Part shown: positions 14,184 through 24,572 of the stretch, one piece after another
Position numbering within the stretch: the stretch's first letter is position 1
Layout: each line of letters starts with the position of its first letter
NCBI GenBank assembly: GCA_963713045.1
Contig: CAVQKE010000005.1
Coordinates: forward strand, 224,001 to 288,000
Length of the DNA: 64,000 nucleotides
Source: an uncultured delta proteobacterium
GTDB taxonomy: Bacteria > Myxococcota > Myxococcia > Myxococcales > Myxococcaceae
Direction of reading: 5' to 3'
Made by a program: the position numbers and the translations under genes
Notes under the pieces: generated by a model
The model's database searches: none
What the model saw: only the letters and a program-made list of their open reading frames with translations
Told to the model about the DNA's origin: nothing

Positions 14184-15254
14184 TCAGTCGCCCGGCGGCA
14201 GGCGCGCCGGGGGCGAGCTCTCGCCATGCAGCAGGGACTGGAGGGCGTCCTCCCCCTCCAAGAGAGAGACGCCCAGCCGCACCACCCACGCTGGAAAGTC
14301 CGCCGGAATGCGCATCGCGTCCTTCTCCGTCGTCACCAGCTGGGCCCTGGCTGCGCGCGCGTTGGCGGTGAGGGCTGCCAGCTCCGCTGGGGTAAACCGG
14401 TGGTGGTCCGCAAAGCCTTGCACCGCCGTCACCACAGCGCCGCACTCGTCCAGCGTCCTCTCGAAGGCGGACGGGCGTGCAATGCCGCAGAACCCGAGGA
14501 CGCGGGCACCGGACAGCTGCGAGAGGGGCAACACGCTTCGGCCCGGGCCGAGGACGTCCACCGCCGCATGGCGTGCCCGCACCACTGGAAGGCCCGCGGG
14601 CAAGCGCAGCAGCGCTGTGGCCGGGCTGGCAACCCGCAGCCACAGCAGCGAGGCCCGCCGCAGCGCCGAGGGAGGTTCGCGCAGCGGGCCCCACGGCAAA
14701 AGGTGCCCGCTGCCCAGGCCGACGGCTTCGTCCAGCACCACCACGTCCGCTTCCCGGGCCAGCCGCCGGTGCTGAAACCCGTCGTCGAGGAGAGCCACAC
14801 GCGCCCCGGCGACGTATGCCGCCCGGGCCAGCGCCACCCTGTCTGCGCCGACCCACACCGAGACGGCTGGCAGCCTCTGGGCTAGGAATAGCGGCTCATC
14901 CCCCACCTCCTCGACGGAGGGCCAGGGCGGCCCACAGACGCGGCAAAGGGTCCGGGCTCGCCGCCCGTACCCGCGGCTGAGGATGGCCACTGGCGCGCCG
15001 GCCCTCAGCAAGCGCTCCGCCAGAAAGGCCACCACCGGCGTCTTCCCAGCGCCGCCTGCGGTGAGGTTTCCCACCGAAAGGACGCGCAACCCGGGGACCG
15101 CCTCGGCGCGCAGCAGGCCCGTCTGAAAAAGGAAGTTCCGAGAGGCGACGGCGGCCGCGAAACAGGCCGCCAAGGGGGCCAGCGGCGCCCGCAGCGCTTG
15201 GCCCTTGAGGCCCAGCGACGCCGGCGGGTACCACAGGGACTCAACCCAACTCAC
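14184..15254 (-). CDS. lpxK: Tetraacyldisaccharide 4'-kinase
   Basis: SVGNLTAGGAGKTP, SRGYG, GDEP, LLDDGFQH, GPLREP, TTEKD. Confidence 0.95.
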   Translation of the reverse strand: MSWVESLWYPPASLGLKGQALRAPLAPLAACFAAAVASRNFLFQTGLLRAEAVPGLRVLSVGNLTAGGAGKTPVVAFLAERLLRAGAPVAILSRGYGRRARTLCRVCGPPWPSVEEVGDEPLFLAQRLPAVSVWVGADRVALARAAYVAGARVALLDDGFQHRRLAREADVVVLDEAVGLGSGHLLPWGPLREPPSALRRASLLWLRVASPATALLRLPAGLPVVRARHAAVDVLGPGRSVLPLSQLSGARVLGFCGIARPSAFERTLDECGAVVTAVQGFADHHRFTPAELAALTANARAARAQLVTTEKDAMRIPADFPAWVVRLGVSLLEGEDALQSLLHGESSPPARLPPGD

Positions 15255-16273
15255 GCTGAGGCTCCCGCCGAGCGGTACAGCGCAAGGACGTCCCTCGCCA
15301 CGCTGTCCACGTCCGGCAGCTGCACCTCCCGCCGGTCCTCTCCCAGTGCTGCTGCGGCCAGCGCCTCGGGCGTCACCGCGGGCAACACCGCGTCGGCCCA
15401 GGTGGGCAGTCCACCCAGCGCGGAGGCCACCACGCGGGCGCCGCAGGCGCGGGCCTGCAGCGCGGTGCGGCCGGCCCAGTCATTGCCTAGCCCCAGCACC
15501 CAGACTTCGTCCAACGCCTGAAGCCATCGGACAAATTCCGCGCCACGCTGGTAGCCGGGGAGGTGGACGGCGTCCGACAGGCCAGCTTCCCAGACGGCCA
15601 GGCGCACGGCAGGTTCCAGCACCCCGTCGCCCAACAGCACCAGCGTCACGTCCGGGACGCGCCGACGCACCAGCGCGAAGGCTGCGAGGGCAACGCCATG
15701 TCCACGCGAGGGTTGGAAGGTGGACGCCATGCCCACCACCGGGCCTGGCGGAAGGCCGAGGGCACGGCGCAGCGCCGCGCGGTCCGGACTGGGACGAAAG
15801 TGCTGGTCGACGAGGGGTGGAAGCACCAGCGTCGGAGTCGGCCGCAGCCGAGGGAGCAGCTCCACCGCCGGCACCGTGAAGGCAGCGGCCGGCGGGAGGC
15901 TCCAGCGGAGGGAGCGCGGCGCATGGATGGAACGGACAAGGTGCGCCGTGCGCGGCCGCGCAACCGATGCAAGCCAATGGTCGTGGCTGCTGTGGCAGTG
16001 GACGACGTCCACGCTGGCACCGCGAAGGCGGACGGCGTCTCTTAGGAAGCTCAAGGGGCCTCCACGGGTGGAGAGTGCAAAGCCGCGGGCATCGAGGAGC
16101 CCGAGCGCCTCAAAACGCGGCACGCTGGGCTCCTCCGTCCCAGTGCCCGGGCGGGTGGTGTCGACGGCCACGCTGACGTTGGCACCGGCGCGCTGCTGAG
16201 CCGCGGCCAGCAGCGCCACCCCCTCGGCCGGCCCACTGAAGACGGGGCTCGCCAAAAGGTGCAAGACGCGCAT
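15251..16273 (-). CDS. Glycosyltransferase family 4 (GT-B fold)
   Basis: MRVLHLL..SGPAE, VHCHSSHDHW and GT-B C-terminal pattern, inside the LPS operon. Confidence 0.8.
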   Translation of the reverse strand: MRVLHLLASPVFSGPAEGVALLAAAQQRAGANVSVAVDTTRPGTGTEEPSVPRFEALGLLDARGFALSTRGGPLSFLRDAVRLRGASVDVVHCHSSHDHWLASVARPRTAHLVRSIHAPRSLRWSLPPAAAFTVPAVELLPRLRPTPTLVLPPLVDQHFRPSPDRAALRRALGLPPGPVVGMASTFQPSRGHGVALAAFALVRRRVPDVTLVLLGDGVLEPAVRLAVWEAGLSDAVHLPGYQRGAEFVRWLQALDEVWVLGLGNDWAGRTALQARACGARVVASALGGLPTWADAVLPAVTPEALAAAALGEDRREVQLPDVDSVARDVLALYRSAGASA

Positions 16274-17265
16274 CAGCGCTCGCCTCCCTGGTACAGGCGT
16301 AAGAGCGCGGCAACTTCTTTCTCCAGGGGAAAGCGGGTGCGGGCCGCCTCCGCCGCGGCTTGGCCCACCTCGTCCGCACGCTTCGGCTCGCGCAACAGGG
16401 GCCGAAGGACGTCGGCCAGTGCCGAAACGTCGCCAGCCGGGTAGGTGAAGCCGGTCCGTCCTTCTTCCAGCAGCGCCGCGTAGTGCGCAAGCCGCGCCGC
16501 GACGACGCAGCAGCCCGAGGCCATGGCCTCGGCCAGGACGAGGGAAAAGGACTCAGCGTGGGAGGGTTGAAGGAGAAGCGTCGCGCCCTGGTACCAAGGG
16601 CGGACGTCTGACTGCTCGCCCACCGCCTGCACCCGGCCAGCCCCCAGCTTCAACAGCGAGGCCAGCCACGCAACGTCCCGCCCCCGTGCTTCCCCCACCA
16701 GCACCGCCCGCCAGCCGGGCGCCTCAGGCAGCGTCTGCGCCAGGGCGGCCACGGCGTCCCCTTGGCCCTTCGCCGGGCGAATGCGCCCCACCACCACCAC
16801 CCCGCGCTGGCCCCCCACGCCGAGAGCGGCCCAGCGGCCGGCACGGTCCGCCGGGGGCTGAAAGACGCGGGTGTCCACGCCGTGGGAAACGACGATGGAG
16901 GGCAGTCCCAGTGTCTGGCGGCCCTCTTCGGTCAGCGTGACGCGAATGTCGGCACGGTGCGCGAGGGACCGCGTCCAGCGGCTGGGGCGTCCCGTCCCGT
17001 GCCGGGTCCACACCACGCGGACACCCCGTCCGAGGCCCCGGAGGGCCAGCGCCAGCAGGAGCTCCAGGTTGCGGTGCGCGTGCACCACCAAGTCTCCCGC
17101 CCGTGCCGCCTTCCACAGCGCGCTGAGGTTGCAGCGGGGGACGTCCGGCACGAGTGCCCACCCCAGGGCCGTGGCCCCGCTTGGCCCAAGGGCGCGCACC
17201 ACGTCCTCCACATGGCGGGTGACGCCGGTGCGACGTCGGTGCAGGTGCAGGTGCACCAGCGTCAA
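16273..17265 (-). CDS. Glycosyltransferase family 4, LpcC-like LPS core glycosyl(mannosyl)transferase
   Basis: Own TTG start overlapping the waaA TGA; motifs RRRTGVT, VHAHRNLELL, VGRIRPAKG, ESFSLVLAEAMASG. The ORF track fuses it to waaA only because of an indel. Confidence 0.75.
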   Translation of the reverse strand: MTLVHLHLHRRRTGVTRHVEDVVRALGPSGATALGWALVPDVPRCNLSALWKAARAGDLVVHAHRNLELLLALALRGLGRGVRVVWTRHGTGRPSRWTRSLAHRADIRVTLTEEGRQTLGLPSIVVSHGVDTRVFQPPADRAGRWAALGVGGQRGVVVVGRIRPAKGQGDAVAALAQTLPEAPGWRAVLVGEARGRDVAWLASLLKLGAGRVQAVGEQSDVRPWYQGATLLLQPSHAESFSLVLAEAMASGCCVVAARLAHYAALLEEGRTGFTYPAGDVSALADVLRPLLREPKRADEVGQAAAEAARTRFPLEKEVAALLRLYQGGER

Positions 17266-18567
17266 GGCGCCGGCCCAGGCGAAGCCAGCCGCGGCGCCGC
17301 GCCCAGCATTCTCGCCACCAAGTCCACGTTGCGCTGGCTTGCGCCGGAGACTTGCCGCACGGCCTGCGCCGCCAACTCGCCCAGCTGGGCGCAGGTCTCG
17401 GGACGGGACAGCAAGTCCGCCACCAGCGTCTCGAAGTGCTCGACGTCGGACACCTGAATGCCGCCCCGGCCCAGCAGCACCTGCACGCTGTCGCTGAAGT
17501 TGGCCATGTTGGGGCCGAACAGTACCGGTTTGCCCTGCGCCGCCGGTTCGAGAATGTTTTGGCCGCCGCGGGCGGTGAAGCTGCCGCCGACGAAGACCAG
17601 CGTCGCCAGCCGGTAGGCCTGGCTCGAACTCCCCAATGGTGTCGAGCACCAACACCTGGGCGCCGTGGTTGGAGGCTGCCCCTGCGCTGCGGCGCCCGGC
17701 GCGAAAACCGGCCGCCTCGGCCAAGGCCACCACCCGGGAGGTGCGGTCAATGTAGCGCGGTGCCAGCAGCAGCTTGAGGTCTGGGTGGAGGGCGAGCAGG
17801 CGTCGGTAAACGGCCAACAGCAGCTCCTCCTCGCCCTCGTGGGTGCTGCCGGCGATGAAGAGGCGCGACGAGGGCTGGAGCCCCAGCGCCTCGCGCAGTG
17901 CCTCGTCCGTGACGGCCGTCGCGTCCACACCGACGCCATCAAACTTGGTATTGCCCGTCACCCACACCCTTTCCAGGGGCGCGCCCAGGGAAAGCGCACG
18001 CTCGGCTTCCTCGTCTTCGCGCATCAGCAGCAAGTCGAGTTCCCGTAAGGGATTGCCGGCCAGCGCCAACAAAAGCCGGTAGGCGCCCAGCCGCTCCGGC
18101 GCGAAACGCCCGTTGGTGAGGACGACGCGGGCGCCGGCGACGTGGGCGGCGTGAATGAGGTTGGGCCAAAGTTCCGTGTATTCCAACACCAGCAGGTCTG
18201 GCCGCAGGGCACGCACCGCGCGCCGGGTGGCGCCCCATAGGTCCCAAGGCGCGTACAGCACCGCGTCCAGCTTCGCCCCGAGGCGGTCGCGTGCCATGAG
18301 GAAGCCGGTGTTGGTGATGGTGCTGACGAGAATTCGGCACTCCGGGTAGCGCTCCCGGCAGTGGCGGACCATGGGGGCCAGCGCCTGGAGGTCTCCGGCA
18401 CTCGCCCCGTGCAGCCAAATGCGGGGCCAACCGCCCTCCGGAATGGCGCCGCTTGCATAGAAGCCAAAGCGCTGGAGAAACCCCTGGCGCGTCTTCTTGT
18501 GCAGCAGCAGCACCGGGGCCAGCAGCAGGAAGGCCACCCAGCTCAGCACCACGTAGAGGACTCTCAC
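17262..18567 (-). CDS. waaA: 3-deoxy-D-manno-octulosonic acid transferase, with an apparent +1 indel near 17625
   Basis: IWLHGASAGD, TELWPN, TGNTKFD, GSTHEGEE and LDTIGE in one frame; AYRLATLVFVGGSF..GGQNILEPA continues in another frame. Confidence 0.92.
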
Positions 18568-20399
18568 GCGAGGCTCCGCTGCGCGCCGCTCTCATGCGCC
18601 TGGTGTTGGAGCGCCCACAGCCGGGCGTACACCCCCCCCTGCGCCAGCAGCTCGGCGTGGGTGCCCCGTTCCACCACACGGCCCCCGTCAAGGACGTGAA
18701 TGCAGTGCGCCTCCACCACCGTCGCCAGCCGGTGGGCCACCACCAGCGCCGTCCGCCCCGGAAGCACTTGGCGCAACGCCAGCTGCACTTCCCTTTCGCT
18801 TTCCGGGTCGAGGTTACTGGTCGCCTCATCCAGGACGAGGAGGGCGGCGTCGCGCAGCACCGCGCGGGCGAGCGCCAGGCGCTGGCGCTGTCCGCCGCTC
18901 AAGCCTGAGCCCTGCTCTCCCAGCGGCGTGTCCCAGCCCTGGGGCAGGGCCTGGACGAAGGCCTCGGCCTGGGCCAGCGCGCCAGCGCGCCGCACCTCCG
19001 CGTCGGTGGCGTCCGGACGGGCCAGCAAAAGGTTGTCGCGCAGCGAGCCGGAGAAGAGGAGTGGCTCCTGGGTGACGAGGGCCGTCTGTGCCCGGAGGCT
19101 ACTGGCGGTGAAGCCGTCCCAGTCTTCACTGTCCCACAGCAGTTGGCCGTGCTGTGGACGCAGAAAGCGCAAGAGGAGCGCCACCACGGTGCTTTTGCCG
19201 CCCCCGCTTGGGCCCACCAGGGCTGTCACCTGCCCCACCGGCAGCGACAGCTGGAGCCCACGCAGCGCCGGGCGGTCGCCGTAGGACACCTCCACGTCCC
19301 GAAGCGTAATGGCCCCCGAAAGCGGGGGCGCGCCTCGGGCGCCAGGTGCATCGGCCACTGGGTGCACCGTGTCCAGCACTTCGAAAAGGCGCTCGCTGGC
19401 AGCGGCGGCCTGGGTGGCAAACTGGGTGGTGCGGCCCAAGTCCTTGGCCGGCTGGTAGAGAAGCAGCAGCGCCGCCAACAGGGACACCAAGCGCTCCGGC
19501 GCGACGCCCGCGGTGGTGCCGGCCCACACCAGCGCCCCCGCAACCGCGCCGGCAGCCAGTACTTCGGTCAGTGCAGGCACCGCACTGCGGGCCCAGGCGG
19601 CACGCGACAGGGCCCGGGCCAGCAGCGCGCCGCGCTCGGAAAAGCGGCGAATTTCCGCATCCTCCGCCCCGTAGGCCTGCACGGTGCGAATGCCGCTGAG
19701 CAGCTCCTGCGCCTGTGCAGCCATCGTCCCCAAGCGGGTCTGGCTTTCCCGCGTCCGTCGCAGCACCGCCCGCGTCAATGCGGACACCGGAAGGACGGCC
19801 GCCGGCACACAGGCCAGTGCGGCCAGCGCCAGACGCGCGTCGGCCGCCAGTGCGACGCCCACCAGCACCAGCACCTGGATGCCGTCTCGGACGTAGCTGC
19901 CAACGGTGTAAATGGCGGCTGTCTCCACCGCCCGCACGTCCGCCGAGAAGCGAGACAGCAGGTCGCCCCGCAGCCGGTTGGCCAGCTGCACTGGCGATTG
20001 GGCCAACAGCGCTTCGAAGAGGCTGCGGCGCAGCGCGGCGGTGGTGCGCTGGCCGAATTGCCCCATCCAGTAGAATTGCGCGAGGTAACTCAACCCCTTC
20101 ACCACCGCGAGAAGGACGAGGAGTCCGGGGAGGACCAGCAGCGCAGCCCGCTTGTCCAGCGGGCGGAGGCCCGGAAGCCACCCTGCGCCCTGTGCCCCGC
20201 CGGTCAGCAGAAAGTGCAAGGCCGGCCCCACCAGCCAGGCATAGGCGCCGGTGGCCAGCCCGAGGACGGCCATGGCGGCAAAGGCCAAAAGCAGCCGGGA
20301 CGTCTGCGGGCGGGCAAACCCGGCCAGGCGCAGCAGCGCGCGCCAGGAGGTCCCCGGACGCACAGGGAAGTCCGCCCCGGGTGTTCCGTCACCGCTCAC
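18564..20399 (-). CDS. msbA: ABC transporter permease/ATPase, MsbA-like lipid A flippase
   Basis: 6-TM N-terminal half, Walker A GPSGGGKS, LSGGQRQR, LDEATSNLD; lies between lpxB and waaA. Confidence 0.8.
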   Translation of the reverse strand: MSGDGTPGADFPVRPGTSWRALLRLAGFARPQTSRLLLAFAAMAVLGLATGAYAWLVGPALHFLLTGGAQGAGWLPGLRPLDKRAALLVLPGLLVLLAVVKGLSYLAQFYWMGQFGQRTTAALRRSLFEALLAQSPVQLANRLRGDLLSRFSADVRAVETAAIYTVGSYVRDGIQVLVLVGVALAADARLALAALACVPAAVLPVSALTRAVLRRTRESQTRLGTMAAQAQELLSGIRTVQAYGAEDAEIRRFSERGALLARALSRAAWARSAVPALTEVLAAGAVAGALVWAGTTAGVAPERLVSLLAALLLLYQPAKDLGRTTQFATQAAAASERLFEVLDTVHPVADAPGARGAPPLSGAITLRDVEVSYGDRPALRGLQLSLPVGQVTALVGPSGGGKSTVVALLLRFLRPQHGQLLWDSEDWDGFTASSLRAQTALVTQEPLLFSGSLRDNLLLARPDATDAEVRRAGALAQAEAFVQALPQGWDTPLGEQGSGLSGGQRQRLALARAVLRDAALLVLDEATSNLDPESEREVQLALRQVLPGRTALVVAHRLATVVEAHCIHVLDGGRVVERGTHAELLAQGGVYARLWALQHQAHESGAQRSLA

Positions 20400-20429
20400 C
20401 GGCCCTGGTGTGTACCATCCCTGGCCACC

Positions 20430-21620
20430 ATGGCGTCCGGAGAGCTGCTGGTGGTGGCCGGTGAGGCTTCGGGCGACGTGCTCGGCGGCGAGTTGTTGTC
20501 TGCGCTCAGGGCGCACCGGCCACAGCTCACCGCCTTCGGGATGGGGGGCCCGCGGCTGGTGGCGGCGGGCCTTCAGCCCCTCTTCGACATGTCGGAAATT
20601 TCGGTGGTGGGCTTCACCGAGGTGCTGCCGCGGCTGCCCCGCATTTGGCGCGTCTTCCGCGCCCTGGTGAAGGCCGCCGCCACCCGGCGTCCAGCGGCAG
20701 CGGTGTTGGTGGACGCACCGGACTTCAACCTCCGCCTGGCGCGAAAGCTGAAGGCCTTGGGCATTCCGGTCGTCTTCTACGTCAGCCCCACCGTCTGGGC
20801 GTGGCGCCGCGGGCGGGTGAAGCAGATTGCCCGGGACGTCGAAAAAATGCTGTGCATCCTCCCCTTCGAGGAGGCGTTTTACCGTCCCTACGGGGTGAAG
20901 GCGGTGTACGTGGGCAGCCCGGTGGCGGCACGCCTCCCCGCGCCCGCGGAGGCGGCCGTGTTTCGCAGGGGTTTGGGCCTGGACGTGCACCGCCCCACGC
21001 TGGCGGTGCTTCCCGGCAGCCGCGCCTCGGAGTTGCGGCGCTGCCTTCAGCCGCTGGTGGACAGCGCGGCGCTGGTGGAGAAGGACCATCCGGGCCTGCA
21101 AGTCGTCGTCCCGTTGGCGCCGGGAGTGGACGCATCCAGGGTGGCGGCAGCCTTCCAAGCCCTCGGCCTTCAGCCGGTGTTGGTGGCCGGCCAAACTGCG
21201 CAGGTGGCCGGGGCCGCTGACGTCGCCCTGGTGACGTCCGGCACAGCGGCGCTGGAGGCCGGTCTGATGCTGAGGCCGCTGGTGGTGGTGTACCGCGTGT
21301 CCGCGTTGAGCGCGCTGCTGGCCCGCCTGTTGGTCAGCGTGCGCTTCGTCAGCCTCATCAACCTGCTGGCCGGACGCCGCCTCATTCCGGAGTTGCTTCA
21401 AGGGGCGCTGACGCCCGCCAATGTGCTGGCCGAGGTGCGCCGGTTGTGGGACGAGGGGCCGGAGCGCCGCACCATGGTGGCCGGGCTGCGCGAGGTGCGC
21501 ACGTTGCTCGGCACGGCACCGGCCAGCGAACGGGCAGCGGACGAGGTGCTGGAGGTGCTGGACGGCAAGGGCCGATTGCCCGACGGGCCGCGCGTGGTAA
21601 GAGGCGCACCCTCGCAATGA
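20430..21620 (+). CDS. lpxB: Lipid-A-disaccharide synthase
   Basis: VAGEASGD, DAPDFN, YVSPTVWAWR, LPFEE, LPGSR, SGTAALE. Confidence 0.95.
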   Translation: MASGELLVVAGEASGDVLGGELLSALRAHRPQLTAFGMGGPRLVAAGLQPLFDMSEISVVGFTEVLPRLPRIWRVFRALVKAAATRRPAAAVLVDAPDFNLRLARKLKALGIPVVFYVSPTVWAWRRGRVKQIARDVEKMLCILPFEEAFYRPYGVKAVYVGSPVAARLPAPAEAAVFRRGLGLDVHRPTLAVLPGSRASELRRCLQPLVDSAALVEKDHPGLQVVVPLAPGVDASRVAAAFQALGLQPVLVAGQTAQVAGAADVALVTSGTAALEAGLMLRPLVVVYRVSALSALLARLLVSVRFVSLINLLAGRRLIPELLQGALTPANVLAEVRRLWDEGPERRTMVAGLREVRTLLGTAPASERAADEVLEVLDGKGRLPDGPRVVRGAPSQ

Positions 21621-22330
21621 CGACGGCCCTGGTTTGCATTCCCACCTACAACGAGCGTGACAACCTCGAGGGAATTGTCGACGCCGTCCTCGCTGCGGAT
21701 GCCCGCACCGAGGTGCTGGTGGTGGACGACAACAGCCCGGACGGCACCGGGGTGCTGGCCGACGCGCTGGCGGCGCGAGAGCCGCGGGTGCACGTGCTGC
21801 ACCGGGAGAAGAAGGAAGGCCTGGGACGGGCCTACTTGGCCGCCTTCGCCTGGGCACTCTCGCGGCCCTACCAGTACGTGCTGGAGATGGATGCTGACTG
21901 GAGCCACCCGCCACGCTACCTGAGTGGGCTTCTGGACCGGGCCGAGGCCGGGGCGGACTTGGTGCTGGGCTCGCGCTACGTGGAGGGCGGGGGCACCGTC
22001 AACTGGGGAGCCATGCGCCGGCTCATCAGCCGCGGCGGCTCGCTCTACGCACGCCTGGTGCTGGGGCTTCCGGTGAGGGACTTAACCGGCGGCTTCAAAT
22101 GCTTCCGACGGCGGGTGCTCGAGTCCATCGACTTCGCCGCCGTCCACAGCACCGGCTACGCCTTTCAGATTGAGCTCACCTACCGCGCCTACCAGGGCGG
22201 CTTCCGTGTGGAGGAGATGCCGATTGTCTTCGAGGACCGCCGGGTAGGGCATTCCAAAATGTCGCGGCGAATTGTCCTGGAAGCCTTGGGTATGGTGTGG
22301 AAGCTGCGCTTCACGGTCCGTCGCCCATGA
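21617..22330 (+). CDS. Polyprenol-monophosphomannose synthase-like GT2
   Basis: IPTYNERDN, VDDNSPDGTG, EMDADWSH, DLTGGFKC, GYAFQIE. Confidence 0.88.
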   Translation: MTTALVCIPTYNERDNLEGIVDAVLAADARTEVLVVDDNSPDGTGVLADALAAREPRVHVLHREKKEGLGRAYLAAFAWALSRPYQYVLEMDADWSHPPRYLSGLLDRAEAGADLVLGSRYVEGGGTVNWGAMRRLISRGGSLYARLVLGLPVRDLTGGFKCFRRRVLESIDFAAVHSTGYAFQIELTYRAYQGGFRVEEMPIVFEDRRVGHSKMSRRIVLEALGMVWKLRFTVRRP

Positions 22331-22956
22331 ATAGCCTCATCTCCTTCAGCCTGGTGGCGCTGTCCGCCGTCTTCTTCGTGGTGGACCCGCTGGGGGTAGT
22401 GCCCATTTTTCTCGCCGTCACCTCTGGTGATTCGCCGGAGAAGATGGAGCGGACTGCGTTTCGCGCTTCACTGACCGCCTGCGGGCTGCTGGTATTTTTC
22501 GCCCTCTTCGGGACGCTGATTTTTAAGGTGGCCGGCATCTCGCTGGGCGCCTTTCGGGTGGCGGGGGGCATTTTGCTTCTCATCACCGGCCTGGACATGC
22601 TGCGCGCACGTCAGGTGGAGACGCGCACCAGCCTCGAGGAGGAGACGGAGGCCAGTGAGAAGGAGGATGTCGCCATCGTCCCACTGGCCGTCCCGCTGTT
22701 GGCTGGCCCCGGGGCCATTGCCACGGTGATGGTGCTGATGTCCCACGGCAAGGGCTTGGTGGCGGCGGTGCCGGTGCTGGTGGCAGTGGTGCTGACGTGT
22801 GTGGCCAGCTACTTCATCCTCCGGGCAGCGTCGCTGGTGCTGCGGGTGCTGGGGCAGTCCGGGGTGGCCATTCTCCAGCGCGTGATGGGCCTCATTCTCT
22901 GCGCCATCGCCGTCCAATTCATCGCCGACGGAGCGCGCGAACTCTTCAAGCTTTAG
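22327..22956 (+). CDS. MarC family membrane protein
   Basis: VVDPLG, AFRVAGGILL, VPLAVPLLAGPGAI, RVMGLIL. Confidence 0.92.
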   Translation: MNSLISFSLVALSAVFFVVDPLGVVPIFLAVTSGDSPEKMERTAFRASLTACGLLVFFALFGTLIFKVAGISLGAFRVAGGILLLITGLDMLRARQVETRTSLEEETEASEKEDVAIVPLAVPLLAGPGAIATVMVLMSHGKGLVAAVPVLVAVVLTCVASYFILRAASLVLRVLGQSGVAILQRVMGLILCAIAVQFIADGARELFKL

Positions 22957-23776
22957 CGGGCGGTGCGGCCACCGGCTCGACGGCCACCACGGTAATGCCG
23001 GCCTTATCGGCCACCGCCACCAGGCGCTCCGCCTCGAGAAGGAAGGTTTTGCCAGCCTCCACCGCCAGGGCACGCGCCCCCACCTCGGCCATCACGTCCA
23101 GGGTCGCTGGGCCCACCGCCGGCAAGTCGAAGCGCTCGTCCTGTCCCGGCTTCAGGCACTTGACCACCACCACGCCCGGGCCACCCAGCAAGGCGCCGCG
23201 GCGGATGCAGGCGTCGGTCCCTTCCACCGCCTCCAGCGCCAGCACGTGGCCGTCCTTCACCACCACCGTCTGGCCGACGTCGGCCCGTCCCAGCGCGGCC
23301 GCCACCTCCCCTCCCAACTCCACGTCGCGCGCGGTGCGCTTGTCCAGTTCCGGCCCGGCCAGCCGCCCGGCCGGCGCCAGCAATTCCGTCAGGTAGCTGG
23401 CGGCGGAGACAATGCGGATGCCGTGGGCCTCGAAGTCTTCCGCCACCGCGCGGAGGAAGACGTCATCGCGGATGCTGCGCAACCGGGCCAGCACCCGCAC
23501 CAGGCCGAAGTCCGGGCGCAGCTCGGCCACGGCGCGCATCCGCCGAAAGCCGCCGGCGAGCACCGCCTCCACCACGCCGGCCTGCTGCAGAATGCGCTGC
23601 ATCCGGGCCAGCTGCCCCACCCGGACCCAGCTGAAGGCGTCCACCTCGGCGGCCAGCGTGGGGTCAGTCTCTCCCCGGTGGGCCACCACCACCACCGAAA
23701 GGCCCCGGGCGCGGGCGGCCCGGGCGAAGAGGCGGGGCAGCGTGCCGTTTCCGGCGATGAGGCCAATGGCCGCCAA
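22946..23776 (-). CDS. lpxI: UDP-2,3-diacylglucosamine pyrophosphatase
   Basis: IGLIAGNGTLP, DVGQTVVV, EAVEGTD, KPGQDERFDLP; directly follows lpxA. Confidence 0.92.
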   Translation of the reverse strand: MAAIGLIAGNGTLPRLFARAARARGLSVVVVAHRGETDPTLAAEVDAFSWVRVGQLARMQRILQQAGVVEAVLAGGFRRMRAVAELRPDFGLVRVLARLRSIRDDVFLRAVAEDFEAHGIRIVSAASYLTELLAPAGRLAGPELDKRTARDVELGGEVAAALGRADVGQTVVVKDGHVLALEAVEGTDACIRRGALLGGPGVVVVKCLKPGQDERFDLPAVGPATLDVMAEVGARALAVEAGKTFLLEAERLVAVADKAGITVVAVEPVAAPPAKA

Positions 23777-23786
23777 CGGCTCCCCC

Positions 23787-24572
23787 CTAGCGCGTCAATC
23801 CGCGCTTGGTGCTGGTGATGAAGTCCAGCAGCTGGTCGACCTCGGACTGGCCGCCGAAGTCGACCCGCAGCCGGGCCACCGCTTCCTCCAGGGGAAGCTT
23901 GGAGCGGAAGAGGACGCGGTAGGCATCCTTGATGCGGCCCAGCTGCTCCTCGGTGAAGCCGTGGCGCTGGAGGCCCACGACATTGAGGCCGGCCAGCTCG
24001 GCGCGGTCTCCCTGGGCAATGCAGTAAGGCGGGATGTCCATCACCACCATCGCCCCCCCGGCGATGAAGGCGTGGGCCCCAATGCGGGTGAATTGGTGCA
24101 CTGCGGACAGCCCGCCCAGCGTGGCGAAGTCCCCCACTTCCACGTGCCCGGCCAGCGTCGCGCCGTTGGCGAAGACGCAGTGGCTCCCCACCTGACTGTC
24201 ATGGGCCACGTGGCTGTAGGCCATGAAGAGGTTGTGGCTGCCGATGCGGGTGACGCCCCCGCCGCCCGAGGTGCCGATGTGCAGGGTGGTGAATTCCCGA
24301 ATTTGATTGGCGTCCCCGATGACCAGCGCGGTGGATTCGCCGGCGTACTTCAAGTCCTGGGGAATGGCCCCCACCGAGGCGAACTGAAAGACGCGGTTTC
24401 TCTCGCCGAGGGTGGTGCGCCCCTCCAGCACGGCGTGTGGGCCCACCGTGCAATGGGCGCCAAGGCGCACCTGGGGGCCGATGACGGCGTAGGGGCCGAC
24501 CTGGACGGTGGGGTGAAGCTCTGCCCCCGGGGCGATGAGGGCGGTCGGGTGGATGCCGGGCCCAGGCCTCAT
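23787..24572 (-). CDS. lpxA: UDP-N-acetylglucosamine O-acyltransferase
   Basis: IHPTA, PQDLKY, IREF, HVAHD, LAGHV, VHQF and hexapeptide repeats. Confidence 0.96.
   Translation of the reverse strand: MRPGPGIHPTALIAPGAELHPTVQVGPYAVIGPQVRLGAHCTVGPHAVLEGRTTLGERNRVFQFASVGAIPQDLKYAGESTALVIGDANQIREFTTLHIGTSGGGGVTRIGSHNLFMAYSHVAHDSQVGSHCVFANGATLAGHVEVGDFATLGGLSAVHQFTRIGAHAFIAGGAMVVMDIPPYCIAQGDRAELAGLNVVGLQRHGFTEEQLGRIKDAYRVLFRSKLPLEEAVARLRVDFGGQSEVDQLLDFITSTKRGLTR

Noticed and set aside
16273..18567. 764-aa WaaA-GT4 'fusion' in the ORF track
   Set aside because: One extra base near 17625 moves WaaA out of frame. The true WaaA C-terminus is intact in another frame and ends at 17262, overlapping the GT4 TTG start.
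18564..21914. 1116-aa and 825-aa overlapping ORFs
   Set aside because: High-GC antisense read-through extends the msbA-like gene and lpxB upstream. The real starts are about 20399 (-) and 20430 (+), in divergent orientation.
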